DNA of 64,000 bases from Neoconidiobolus thromboides FSU 785. Lineage: Eukaryota > Fungi > Entomophthoromycota. Shown here piece after piece: positions 1-11,011 of this stretch (its first letter is position 1; each line of letters starts with the position of its first letter). The stretch spans positions 36,691 through 100,690 of the forward strand of contig MU626326.1 in NCBI GenBank assembly GCA_025603075.1. The letters run 5' to 3'. The notes beneath the pieces are model-generated. The model was given only the letters and a program-made list of their open reading frames with translations. It was not told the origin of the DNA and ran no database searches. The position numbers and the translations under genes were made by a program.

Positions 1-909
1 ATTATTAACTACATTGTTAGTTGGAGATAAAGCTTTAGGTACGTCAGGTGACAGATTATTTTTTTCAATTTTGGTTTTAGGTTTGGTTACTGGTGGAGAT
101 GGTATAACCTCATTATCCTAAAAAATAAAGAATAAAAATTTAATTTTACTATAAATAATAAAACAAGCTACGTTTTCTACATCAATTAAGGAAGTTTCAT
201 TTATGTCATTTTGATTGCTTTGGCCATTCTGACAATAACTCGACACATTATATCGAATGCCTATTTCTTCAAGATATTTTTCAATTAGTTCTTCACCTGG
301 TGGAGTTACATCAAGTTTTTTTATTATCTAATTAAATTTGTATACTCAATATCAGTTACTTACTTATAAAAAATAAATTACATTCGAATTAACTAAATGG
401 TCTTGATCTTGCATAGCTTTTACTACATATTCTTTACCATATTTCATGGCAAATTGGTCACGAATCATAACTAACTCTTTAATTTCTCCACATCTTGCTG
501 AACAGTAAATTAAACTTTGGACCCCTTCAATTAAACTTGGGTCTAGATCACTTTAATTTATGTACTATTAATTTTTTATTTTTATATAAGTTTTTGAGTT
601 TACCCATTTAATTCTAACAATGAAAATCGAGCTAATAATAATTCACAAAATAATTCCAATACTTCTAAAGCTTCACAATAGTTGTCTTCTCGGATAATAT
701 TTTCTACCTGAATTTTTTATTCATTTTAGTTTATTATTCATCTACTAAACGCTTACCCTTATCTTTGCCGATTCTAATTTATCGTCCGCTAATAATAAAG
801 AAATTTCTTTTCTTAATTTTAAACTTAAGTTTTCTTTTTTTGCCCTTAATAATTTTACTCGATTGATACTAAGTTTCAAATGAATCTTTAATCTTGCTGA
901 ACTAAACAT
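1..909 (-). CDS. IST1: IST1 (ESCRT-III-associated regulator of Vps4), multi-exon, 3' end beyond the window edge
   Basis: ATG at 909 gives MFSSARLKIHLKLSINRVKLLRAKKENLSLKLRKEISLLLADDKLESAKIR, then an intron, then VENIIREDNYCEALEVLELFCELLLARF. This is the IST1 N-terminal ESCRT-III-like domain. Short GT-AG introns follow. Not in the ORF track. Confidence 0.9.
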
Positions 910-1881
910 TATTATAATATTTTAATTGATACTTATTTTCATTAAATAATAGTTATAATGTATTAACAAACATTAAAAATAAAAATAAAAATTTCGGATT
1001 TATAAGAAATTCATAGGTAAGTATACTTTACAACAAATCATCAAGCTTATAGAAATTAGAATGAGGTCACGTTCAAATTTCCAAAAATAAAAATAAAAAA
1101 TAAATACTAGATCAATAACCTTATATTTATCATATATCTTAAGATATATATAGCTACTGATTATTAAGAAGTATATTATAATAAAAAGATTTCAACAAAA
1201 AAGAAGAAGATATCAAAAATCATATAGAAACATAGTGATATTTTTAATGATGGACTAGGTTATCAACCGATACCTTACATGTAATAAACAAAATAACAAG
1301 AGAAGCTGAATTTTAGCAGAATAGACTTAAGTTTATATATCAAGTACATGGTATTTAATAGAAATTCAGAAAGTCATAATTAGCAGTATAAAAAAAGTCT
1401 ATCAGATAAGCTCAATAATATGTATAAACGTTAGGATATAAGTGCTACAAAATAATACAATATTGTATATCTAATAAAATGAGACTAAGTTATATATTGT
1501 AAATTATACTATAAAAAAACTTTTTAGAGATATAAAAGGAGTATATCTTAAGGTAAGTGTTTTAAAATATTTTATGAGATGCAGCTGCTAATTTTAAATT
1601 ATGTTACTATGCTTGTTATAGGATCCTCTATAGGAGCTAAGCTATAATAAATACAATTCCATCATACTTACTATTCAACTATATTTTCGAATGGGACTTA
1701 TCTTTAAAACATTTGACCTTTTAAATGTTTAATTGAACTTTATTATGTTTCATTAATTTCAAACTTTAAACAAAAAGTTAAAATTCACCCTAATTTCCTA
1801 ACCAATCAAAGCACAATTTAACGTGTTAGTCTTTATAAATAATTTAAAAAATTAAATAAGTTTTTTCTATAAATTATAGCA

Positions 1882-2528
1882 ATGAGCGAAAAATCATATA
1901 ATAAAGAAGTCGAAACCAAAAAGAATAAATTAGCGTAATATAAAGATTAGCTATTATAAAGTAATGTACTAAATATTTTGATAACTAGTAATAATCCTCA
2001 TTTAAACGTATTTACAAATGATGGTAGTTTTTTAGAAAGGTTTAAAAGTATGCAAAAAGAACAGGATGAAGCAAAGAAGAGGGAAATAGCACTTAAAAGG
2101 TAACTCAATTATAATATTTACCATTTATTTATAAAACAATTAAATCGCTTTTTTGGCTAAGATGGCTAATTTATGCCAACTACATTTTGTATCAATATGT
2201 TTTAGGTGCCAATTGTTCAATTAGTATTTATTGGAGTTTTTTTGTTTTCAATTTACTAACTTTTGATTTTTTATATTATTGCTAATAGAAAAAAAGAACT
2301 TGAGGATAGAATAGTAAGACTAATTATTATTATTTAGAAAGACCAGTTAATATCTTAATTTAGAAAAACCGAGGTAAAAGAAGTGCTAAAAAAAGAAAGG
2401 AAGAAGTTGAAGATAAAAATAAACAAAATAAAGATAAAATGGTTAAAGGTTATCTAAGGGAGCTTAAGAATCAGGCGGAGAATAAAAATGGTTTGGAAGC
2501 TAGAAAAAGTCCTACCAATGGTAATTAA
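1882..2528 (+). CDS. Small basic protein resembling TRIR/C19orf43 (four exons)
   Basis: Spliced translation MSEKSYNKEVETKKNKLANNPHLNVFTNDGSFLERFKSMQKEQ...KNRGKRSAKKRK...YLRELK. The FxNDGSFLExFK motif matches the TRIR family as I recall it. The last exon is uncertain. Confidence 0.55.
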
Positions 2529-3278
2529 GCCTTGATTTATTTTTCTTATTGAATAAAATTTTTTTGTATGAAGGTTTAAATAATTGTATTTGTCCATTTA
2601 GTTAACTGAACCAATTATCATGATGCATTATAATATATTATTTGTGTTTATATTATTTTGAGTATAGTGGAATTAAGAATAATTTATAGTGATGTAATTG
2701 AAATATATTATTATCAAATAAGTTTACTCCAAGCTTTAATATGCTGTTTTATAATTTATTATTTAAACATCTTTAAAACGCTATTATATAATATTCTAAT
2801 AGATCAGTGTATATATGTGTATTTTTTTTAATACTTTGCCCATTTTCTAATTAGTTTATGATTTATAAAAATTACCATTTAGTTTTTCAAAAACAGGGTG
2901 ATACTATAAAATTAATATAAAAATTAGTCAGAACATAATTTCTTATAAATCTACATGTATTGCTTTTTGAATTAGTAAAAAAAATACAAAAATTAATATA
3001 TACGGCTTATGTGAAGCTGTAAACATGTGCAAATAAAGGTATCAATAGCGTTTTTTATTGTAATAAATTCCATATGAAATTAACTATTAAATCATTTTTA
3101 AACTTACAAAACTAAATTAAGATAAAATCATTTTAAGTAAATTTAATTGGCTACATTTACATAAGCTCAATCCCATTATAATTTCTGAAAAAACTAAAAG
3201 GAAATCCATCTTTTTGAAAAGGTAAAGATGAATAAATTAAAAAATGACTATTATTAATAAATCAGATTAATTTAGAAG

Positions 3279-3945
3279 ATGCCTAAAAATAAGGGAAAGG
3301 TAATAATAGAAAAGGGCTATTATTAAAGAAAGTATATTAATAAATAAAAAGGGAGGTAAGAATCGCCGTAGAGGAAAGAATGAAAATGAGAACACAAAAA
3401 GAGAGTTAATTTTAGCCGATGAAGGGCAAGGTAAATAGTCAAATATCTTGGCTAACTACATAACTAACAGAACATTAAATTTTTCAAAAAAATTAGAATA
3501 TGCTCAAGTTTTAACCATGTTGGGTAATGGACGTTTAACAGCACAAAGTTTCGATGGTACAAAAAGGTTAGCTTTGATCAGAGGAAAAATGCGCAAGAAA
3601 GTTTGGATTTCAGCAGGTGATATTATTCTATTATCTCTAAGAGATTTCCAAGATGATAAAGCTGATGTTATCATGAAATACACTCCGGATGAAGCTCGTG
3701 CTTTAAAATCTCAAGGTGCTATTCCCGATACTGGTAAATGTTACATTTTTGTTTTGTGTTACTTGTATATTAATATGCTTTTTTAGCTCAAATCAATGAA
3801 AATGCAGGTGGAGATGAAGATGAAGACGTTGGTTTCGATTTCGATTCAGAAGCTGAAGATGGTGAAGCTGAGGAAGTTGATATTGATGATGTAAGTTCAA
3901 TAGATTATAATCGAAAATAGATAATAATAGTGATTTTAGATTTAA
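3279..3945 (+). CDS. TIF11: Translation initiation factor eIF1A (multi-exon)
   Basis: MPKNKGKG, intron, [10 protein letters not shown], then [14 protein letters not shown]...[11 protein letters not shown], and an acidic tail ending DIDDI*. The true start is 3279, upstream of the ORF-track start. Confidence 0.95.
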
Positions 3946-4203
3946 GTTAAGTGTACATTGTATATTAAAGTTATCATCCACTTTTGATTCTCCCCTTTTC
4001 TTTCGGCGGTTTTTAAATAGGAATATAGAACTACTGCGTTAACTTTTTTCTTTTAAATTTTTTTTATGATTGTTTATTGTTTATATTTTTGGTTCAAAAC
4101 TATAGGTTAGCCGGTAATATCAGTCCAAATTTTTTATACTGATTTGTAATAAAAAACAAAATAAAATATAAAATGACAATAAAATATAAAATTTAATAAA
4201 CTT

Positions 4204-4686
4204 TTACCCCCATTCTGGAAGTTGGGTAAAATCCTCATTAATGGACGATGGCTTTAAAGAAGGAGGTAGTTCGTTTTTATGTTTCAACAACTCGAAAGGC
4301 ATTGAATCATCAAACAAAATGAACAACTTTGGCTATTCAAATAAACATTATATATCCAATCATAAAAAACTTCAACTTACCTTTTTGACTATTCTAAAAG
4401 TTTCCTCTGCAGGAAAACCACGGTAATAATTCGGAGGTTTACCTTCAATTTCTCTATCTATATTTAAAAAGGAAGACTATTAAAGATTCAATTTGGTTAA
4501 CTTTTATTTTACTCACTATAAGCTTTATAGTAGTCTTTTTTACTTCTTAAATGCATAGTGGATACATTATGTTGCTTGATGTTGACTCGGTTATTTAATA
4601 AATATCTATTACAATGATCACAATAATCTAGTCTAATTTTAATTTTATTTGATTATTAATTGCTAGTTTTTACATCGCTTTCCCAT
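4204..4686 (-). CDS. ZMAT5: ZMAT5 / U11-U12 snRNP 20K-like protein, 109 aa, four exons
   Basis: Exons 4686-4674, 4627-4517, 4457-4381 and 4332-4204 total 330 nt, and all introns are GT-AG. Translation: MGKRYYCDHCNRYLLNNRVNIKQHNVSTMHLRSKKDYYKAYNREIEGK...ELPPSLKPSSINEDFTQLPEWG*. The N-terminal matrin/U1C-type finger and the C-terminal ELPPSL...WG both match ZMAT5. Confidence 0.75.
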
Positions 4687-5174
4687 TTTGTTATGGCTAG
4701 TTTGATTAAGAATTATTGTAAATTGAAATAAATGATTGGCTTTTGTTTGATTTTATTTTGCTCATTTCTGATTTTTGAAGTGGAAAATTATTTTTCTTAT
4801 CCTTATTTTTAAATTATGTATTCTCATTTATGACTATTATTTTAAAAAACAAAGTATATTTGTGAAATAAAAAATGATTTTTTAATTAAACTTTTTATTT
4901 AACATAATTATTCATTATTTGTTATGTATAAAGCAATCTTAATAAAGGGTCAATAAACAATTTAATAAATCTATTCAACTAAATAATAAAAGAACATAAT
5001 TATGCGATGATTCATATAGACAAATAAAATAAGAATAAATTAGGATTCTAAACTACAATTGGACAAAAAATAATTATACTACTTTAATTGACCATAAACT
5101 CAAAAATAAGAGTAATTGACAACAAATTCAAATGAACTAATTTTCAAAACACTTTATTAAAATAGTTTATTATA

Positions 5175-7574
5175 ATGAGTAAAGACAAGTTACCAACAAA
5201 AGACTATCTGATAAAGCAGTTGGATACCATGATTAAAGGTCTGCCAGTAAAAAACAAGAAGGTATCTGAGCAAAACGAAACAAAAGAAGGTATTATGGAC
5301 TTTATATCCAAAGTGAGGAGAACAACGAAATTAGGTCTTAAAAGTAAGTTAAATCCAGAAAGAGACATAAAGATACTTAAGGGAAGAAGAGGGGACTCAG
5401 CAATCAAGATATTATTTAAAAGACTGGATCGAAATAATTTGGAAACAGAATACAGTGAAGTAAATAATTATAATGGTACTACCTCAGCTCAACAAAGAAG
5501 AAGTAAAGTAGAACTAAAAGAGCCTGTAGTTAATAATATTACTACAAAAAGTACAAGAGCAACTTATACAAACAAGCCAAATGATGATCATGCTACTTCT
5601 ACTCGTACAATAAATAAAGATATCTCAAATGATAGGTCAGCTCCTATAGGTAGAACCAAAGTGTCAGAAACTAATTTTAAAAAACTTGGTGAATTTACTA
5701 TGAAGCCTATGGAACGTGTCACATCGAAAACTAGTATAGCTCCAGCAGCCAAAAGAGCCAATATTGATAAAGCTGAAATACTCAATAAGTCTAACAATAT
5801 TTCATGTAAAAGTCAACAAGAAAGTAGAAACTCGATGACTAAACCTAGTAGAAGTAGCAATCCATCTAGTAATAAAGGTTATAACGAGGAAAATCAATAT
5901 TTAAGGCATAAAAATGAAAGAGGTCCTAATCCTGGGATAGGTATTCAAAATGAAATAACAAATTATGCCAATGGTTATTCAGAAATAAAACAGACAGAAA
6001 AGGACAAAAGGGCACTTGAATCTGGAAGAACAGGTCAAGGCGTTGTTGGAGAAAAGGGTGAAGGTGTTAGATTAGAGTATAACAAACTCCCAAAAATTAA
6101 AAAGTTTACTGAAGAAGCTAAAGCAAGGATTATAACTGAAAAGAAAGAGTTAGAAGGACAAAAAGAAAAGGCAGCAAAAGAAAGATCAAATAGTGGCATT
6201 GTGGATCCATTGGCACTCCATATCCAAAAGGTAAAGCAACATCCACTTCTAGCTGGTACTAGGAATGCTGAAGTTTTTCATGATGAAAATCAGAGGCAAG
6301 ATTCTTATGGTAATAGACTTGATGCTAATTATTACGACGACCCAAGATCTAATATTAATTATAATGCAGGAGGGCCTAATCATAGCCATGACGGAGGAAG
6401 ATCCAATTCTAATTATAATGAAGATAAATTTAACTATGATACAGGAAGGTCTAGTTATAATTATGATGAAGGAAGAGATAACTCTGACTATAACGGAGGG
6501 AGACCTGTTGTTAATTATGACGCACCTAGATCTAATACCAATTATGATACAGGAAGATCTAACCATTATATTACAAATAGTAACAGTGGGTCAAGGACTT
6601 CTTATCAACCTCAGCAGGCTTATAGATTGCACGATTCAGACACTTTTGAAAGTAAGTGGGGGAAACCCAAAGTACGTACTAATGCTAACAACTATTTCGC
6701 CAACCGAGGAGATAGAACACCTTATCATGACTTAAATGGTACTCCTAATAATCAACATCATAATGATAATATCAAATCAGGTCTGCACCCAACGGATTTT
6801 ACACAAGCCAACTCAGGTACATATGAACCGGTTTATACTAATTTTTCGTCACCTCATGATGGTGATACTACTAAGTCTGAACAACCCATAAAGTTGGATT
6901 ATCCAGCTCCTTTACCAAGAGATACTCCAGAAAATATTAAGTCCCTCTATGAATTGTATCGTGTTAAAGCCAAAGAAATTAAGGATATTAGTACTAAATA
7001 TGATAAGAGTTCCAATGAATTTAAATTAGCTTATATGCAAGCTATGTTCTTTCATATTAAATGTATTTCATTTGTTCCACACGCTGATGAAGCTTTAAAG
7101 ACTGTTTATCAAGCCCTTCTTTATTGGCAATCTTTATTGCCTACCACTAATTACTTATTGCAAACTACTATTTATCATTCAATCCATCGTCCTCTTCTTC
7201 CAGTTTTGTATTTAGTTAAAGCAATTATCTATCGTAATATTGTAATTTGTGGGGAAGTATTATTAAACAATAGTGAATATGAAGGCTCAGGGTTGAAAGA
7301 AGTATTAATTGAAGCTTTAGATTTATCACGCAGGTTCTATAGGAGTGCAAGAAAAGAATTTGTAGATTTAGGTAAAGTTAAAATTTACCAACCAGTGTTT
7401 GATTTCTTTTCAGAATCAGCGCCAAAGTATTTCCCTGTCGATTTTACAGCTCAGTTTGATCATGGTTATTTATTCTTCTTTCTAAGAAGTATCTTTACGA
7501 TTAATATTAAAACTAGTGGGATTAACTTTGACATTGTACCAGATGACTTAGAAAAGTATCATGTAGAAACTTGA
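5175..7574 (+). CDS. 799-aa intronless protein: disordered N-terminus, N/Y/D/G/R-rich 9-aa repeats, C-terminal AF4/FMR2 (Ebp1_C-like) helical domain
   Basis: The C-terminal YRVKAKEIK...AYMQAMFFHIKC...WQSLLP...VLYLVKAIIY resembles the AFF C-terminal homology domain pattern (Y..EAKKLK...YYLDAVVSFIEC...VLCLRCESLLY). Recognised by eye only. Confidence 0.5.
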   Translation: MSKDKLPTKDYLIKQLDTMIKGLPVKNKKVSEQNETKEGIMDFISKVRRTTKLGLKSKLNPERDIKILKGRRGDSAIKILFKRLDRNNLETEYSEVNNYNGTTSAQQRRSKVELKEPVVNNITTKSTRATYTNKPNDDHATSTRTINKDISNDRSAPIGRTKVSETNFKKLGEFTMKPMERVTSKTSIAPAAKRANIDKAEILNKSNNISCKSQQESRNSMTKPSRSSNPSSNKGYNEENQYLRHKNERGPNPGIGIQNEITNYANGYSEIKQTEKDKRALESGRTGQGVVGEKGEGVRLEYNKLPKIKKFTEEAKARIITEKKELEGQKEKAAKERSNSGIVDPLALHIQKVKQHPLLAGTRNAEVFHDENQRQDSYGNRLDANYYDDPRSNINYNAGGPNHSHDGGRSNSNYNEDKFNYDTGRSSYNYDEGRDNSDYNGGRPVVNYDAPRSNTNYDTGRSNHYITNSNSGSRTSYQPQQAYRLHDSDTFESKWGKPKVRTNANNYFANRGDRTPYHDLNGTPNNQHHNDNIKSGLHPTDFTQANSGTYEPVYTNFSSPHDGDTTKSEQPIKLDYPAPLPRDTPENIKSLYELYRVKAKEIKDISTKYDKSSNEFKLAYMQAMFFHIKCISFVPHADEALKTVYQALLYWQSLLPTTNYLLQTTIYHSIHRPLLPVLYLVKAIIYRNIVICGEVLLNNSEYEGSGLKEVLIEALDLSRRFYRSARKEFVDLGKVKIYQPVFDFFSESAPKYFPVDFTAQFDHGYLFFFLRSIFTINIKTSGINFDIVPDDLEKYHVET

Positions 7575-7826
7575 TTCTAAAGTTAAAAGTTGGATTTTTT
7601 GTACAAGAACTTTTAATAGGAATCTTTTTATGAGCTTGTTTAATTAATCCTATTGCTGTTTTATTAAATTGTAATATTATTGTATTTGTTATTTATAAAT
7701 TTGAATTTAACTAAAATATTTATTTGATGTCATTTTAAAACATAATATCATCTATTAATATTGAAAATAACCTAATGATAATTTAATATTTATAAAAATT
7801 AACCCTTTATTAATAGCTTGATTATT

Positions 7827-7988
7827 TTAATAAGTAGGACATGGTAAAGTGGTGGTAGTGGTAGTATAAGTGGTAGTGGTACTAGTTACGTAGGAAGTAA
7901 CATCCTTGCATCTTTTAGTATAACCATAACCATAACCTTGAGCAGCAATAGAAGTAGCAACGACAGTGATAAAGTAAATGAATTTCAT
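7827..7988 (-). CDS. Small secreted Thr/Cys peptide, copy 1 (53 aa)
   Basis: MKFIYFITVVATSIAAQGYGYGYTKRCKDVTSYVTSTTTTYTTTTTTLPCPTY*. It has a signal-peptide-like N-terminus and a TATATAAATA box about 65 nt upstream, and two paralogues lie nearby. It is below the ORF-track size cut-off. Confidence 0.8.
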   Translation of the reverse strand: MKFIYFITVVATSIAAQGYGYGYTKRCKDVTSYVTSTTTTYTTTTTTLPCPTY

Positions 7989-9212
7989 AGTTGGATATAT
8001 TGTTTTGACTTGAAGTTTGATTTTTAATATTAATGTTGATATTTTCTTTGCTATTTATATACCAGTTTTTGCTATACAATAATTAAAAATAAGCCACAGA
8101 TTTTCGTACATTATCAGCATAATTAAAAATAATTATACTCAACTCAATTATAAGCCTAATAATTTAAATATATTTAAAGCTATAACAACTTGAAAGTTGT
8201 GTGTAGTTAAAGAAAACGATAATTTTAAATGGCATTAGATATAGTAAGGGCTCTTTAATATGATTATAGATAGTAAAATAGCACAGTTTTAAATCGTCTA
8301 TCTATCAAAGCCTGATATTTAAGCATGTGTGAGGTTAAAAGAAAGTTAAAACTCAAATATTTTTCCTATTTGGTTTAGATTTAAACTTATAAAATTATTA
8401 AGGCCAAAGAAAAACATAAGAAAAAACAATTGGTGATTGTAGCTATTTTAAAATCCTTGAGGAGTTTGGGGGATATGTCTTTATTTCATTTCATTATTAT
8501 TTTAATTAATTTAAAATTTAAAAAATCTTACCATTCCTTTGCAGAAAACAATGCTTTTATTTTAGTGTTTATGCTAATTTACTTTTTTTGGAATAATTTA
8601 AAATCGGTAAAGTTAAGCCTTGTATTTAAATTAACCTACAAGCAAACCGCTTGAGCTCAATTAAGCCCAGAGCAAGTACTCCAAAACAATAGGGTTTTGA
8701 TTAAACAAGAATATCTTTTTATACTTGCACATTATATTAAATATTAAAGTTTCTGAATGCTATAAGTGATTTTCCATAAAAATAATTACTTTTAGAACTA
8801 TCAGAGCAAATCCACAACTAAAACTTTGTATGATACCTCATGACTGCACTGTTATATACATTACAAATGCCATTGCCTCTATTTTAATAAACACTAATGG
8901 TACCAGATGAGCAATAAAAACCATAGTGATCTATTATTTCAACCTAAGATATCATTGTAAAAATTTTCATATTTCCATATTAAATTTGTGATTATTTAAC
9001 AAGTTTGAATTGCTGTAGAGGTCATACCTTGATATTTTTAAACCTAGTAATTTTAAAAATATTAACTTTAGTATCTAATTAAAGTAATAATATAGTAGTA
9101 GTAAGTTTTGAATGCTAGTATTACATTATAACATATAATACAGCTATATATAAAATAAAATAAAAAAGTAGTTGTTTAAATTTTCTGATGTTTTATTAAT
9201 AATTTGGTTATT

Positions 9213-9368
9213 TTAATAGGTAGGGCATGGTAAAGTGGTATTAACGACAGTATAAATGGTCGTGGTACTAGTTACATAGAAAGTAACATCCTTGCATCTT
9301 TTAGTATAGTCGTAGCCTTGAACAACGATAGAAGTAGCAATGACGGTAATAAAGTAAATGAATTTCAT
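9213..9368 (-). CDS. Small secreted Thr/Cys peptide, copy 2 (51 aa)
   Basis: MKFIYFITVIATSIVVQGYDYTKRCKDVTFYVTSTTTIYTVVNTTLPCPTY*. The frame, both Cys, the KR and the stop position are conserved with copy 1 despite many substitutions and a 6-nt indel. Confidence 0.8.
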   Translation of the reverse strand: MKFIYFITVIATSIVVQGYDYTKRCKDVTFYVTSTTTIYTVVNTTLPCPTY

Positions 9369-9832
9369 AGTCAAATGTATTATTGTGATCTAAATTTGGT
9401 TCCTTTTATGTTTTATTAATATTTTATTCTTATTTATACATCACTTTTTCTATAAGATTGCTTTTAGTTCCTAATTTTTATTGTCCAAATACTAATATAA
9501 CAAACTTATTTTCTGCTTAAATTTAGCTAATCTATTTTGCACACTATTAGCATAATTAATTGAATTGGCAACTTATTTCAAGCCTAAAAAACGACTTTAA
9601 TTATGTAAAAATAAAGATAAACAATAGCATTAAGTGGGTTAATGAATACAAAGCTCGCCAACCTGAGTTTATATATTAATCTAAAGTATCTCTTTATAAA
9701 AAATCCTCTCGTACCATAGTAATTTAATCTACACATCCACTAAAGGGAGTTAAGCCCAGTTTGGTAGCTGTAAACGACTGCTAAAAAGCTAGAGTATATA
9801 AGTTCGTAAATATACTAATATATCATTGAAAA

Positions 9833-10372
9833 ATGAAATACATCTCTCTCTTAGTATTTATCTACTTATCAAAAGGTATTGAATCTGCTGGCTATGCATA
9901 TGGTTGTCGTACAAAAACTACTACTTCCACATCTATCATAGCAAGCACTTCAACTAGAACTTTGACCATAAAGCCTACAAACTGTCCTGTTCCATGTACT
10001 AAAAACACTATTACTTCTACTTTAACAGAAACATATGTTGGTACCGAAACCAAGACTGAAACTGTAAAACCAACTGATTGTCCTGCTCTCTGCACTACAC
10101 AAACTGTTATTTCCACCTTGATCGAAACTTCCACTGACACCAAGACTGAAACCGTAAAACCAACTGATTGTCCTATCCCATGCACTACACAAACTATTAC
10201 TTCCACCTTAACTGAAACTACTACTGGAACTAAAACCGAAACCGTAAAACCAACTGATTGTCCTATCCCATGTACTACACAAACTATTACTTCTACATTG
10301 ACAGAAACTAGTACAGCCACTCAAACAAAAACAGTTAAAAAAGTATATTGTTCTAGAAGAAGATACTACTAA
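9833..10372 (+). CDS. Secreted Thr-rich, Cys-punctuated repeat protein (179 aa, ~30-aa repeats)
   Basis: Signal peptide, then GYAYGC, then about 4.5 repeats of CT-TQTITSTLTETxTxTKTETVKPTD-CP. It ends CSRRRYY with no GPI signal. A TATATAA box lies near 9795. Confidence 0.85.
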   Translation: MKYISLLVFIYLSKGIESAGYAYGCRTKTTTSTSIIASTSTRTLTIKPTNCPVPCTKNTITSTLTETYVGTETKTETVKPTDCPALCTTQTVISTLIETSTDTKTETVKPTDCPIPCTTQTITSTLTETTTGTKTETVKPTDCPIPCTTQTITSTLTETSTATQTKTVKKVYCSRRRYY

Positions 10373-10804
10373 ATAAATTATTGAATTCTCTATTTTGTAT
10401 GTTTTAATTATTATAAAGATTTATCAAATTTTAATATTCCATTAGCTTTTATAAATTCAATGACTGAGATAATTTACATAATGCTTAATATCTAAATATC
10501 AAATATATTAGTCATTTTTAAGAACATGATAAATGGCTACTTATAAACCATGTATTTGTTTCCCAAATGACTTAGGTTTAGATAAAACAGCTCCTTATTT
10601 ATATGCTGAATAGTATATTGTATGACATAATAATTATTGCTCAGCTATCAAAAGATTCTTCTCTAGCTCTAACGGTGTGAAAGTCACTCCTCAATCACTT
10701 TTTCTTACCATTTCATACTCTTTAAATCGAATAAATACTATCTACTCCTTTGAGCCCAAGCTTTTCAAAAAAAAATAACTACATTGTCTAAAAAACAAAA
10801 TAAG

Positions 10805-11011
10805 TCAATTGATTAAATTTTTCTGGTGCCTTATTAAAGATTTGATTATTATAATAACCAAGGCAAGGTAAAATGGTAGTAGCGGTAGTATAAGCGGTAG
10901 TGTTACAGTTGCGTAGGAAGTAACATCCTTGCATCTTTTAGTATAATCGTAGCCATAATCTTGAGCAGCAATAGAAGTAGCAACGACAGTGATAAAGTAA
11001 ATGAATTTCAT
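10805..11011 (-). pseudogene. Small secreted Thr/Cys peptide, copy 3, frameshifted
   Basis: The 5' flank and first 33 codons are nearly identical to copy 1. One base is missing between 10906 and 10907, which shifts the Thr-rich part out of frame. The ancestral TAA is altered and the TATA box is mutated. The 113-aa ORF-track call here is an artefact of this. Confidence 0.75.

Noticed and set aside
2100-2288. Unusually long introns (TRIR-like intron 2; also RPS25 intron 52476-52694) as snoRNA hosts
   Set aside because: No convincing C/D box pair or H/ACA double hairpin; ANANNA and ACA matches are trivial in AT-rich DNA.
5204-6735. Antisense or alternate-frame ORF-track calls inside real genes (e.g. 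5204, 5588, 6249, 6265, 9892, 16041, 19054, 20369, 21770, 22792, 30621, 41451)
   Set aside because: Shadows of the true coding strand or of repeats; no independent motifs.
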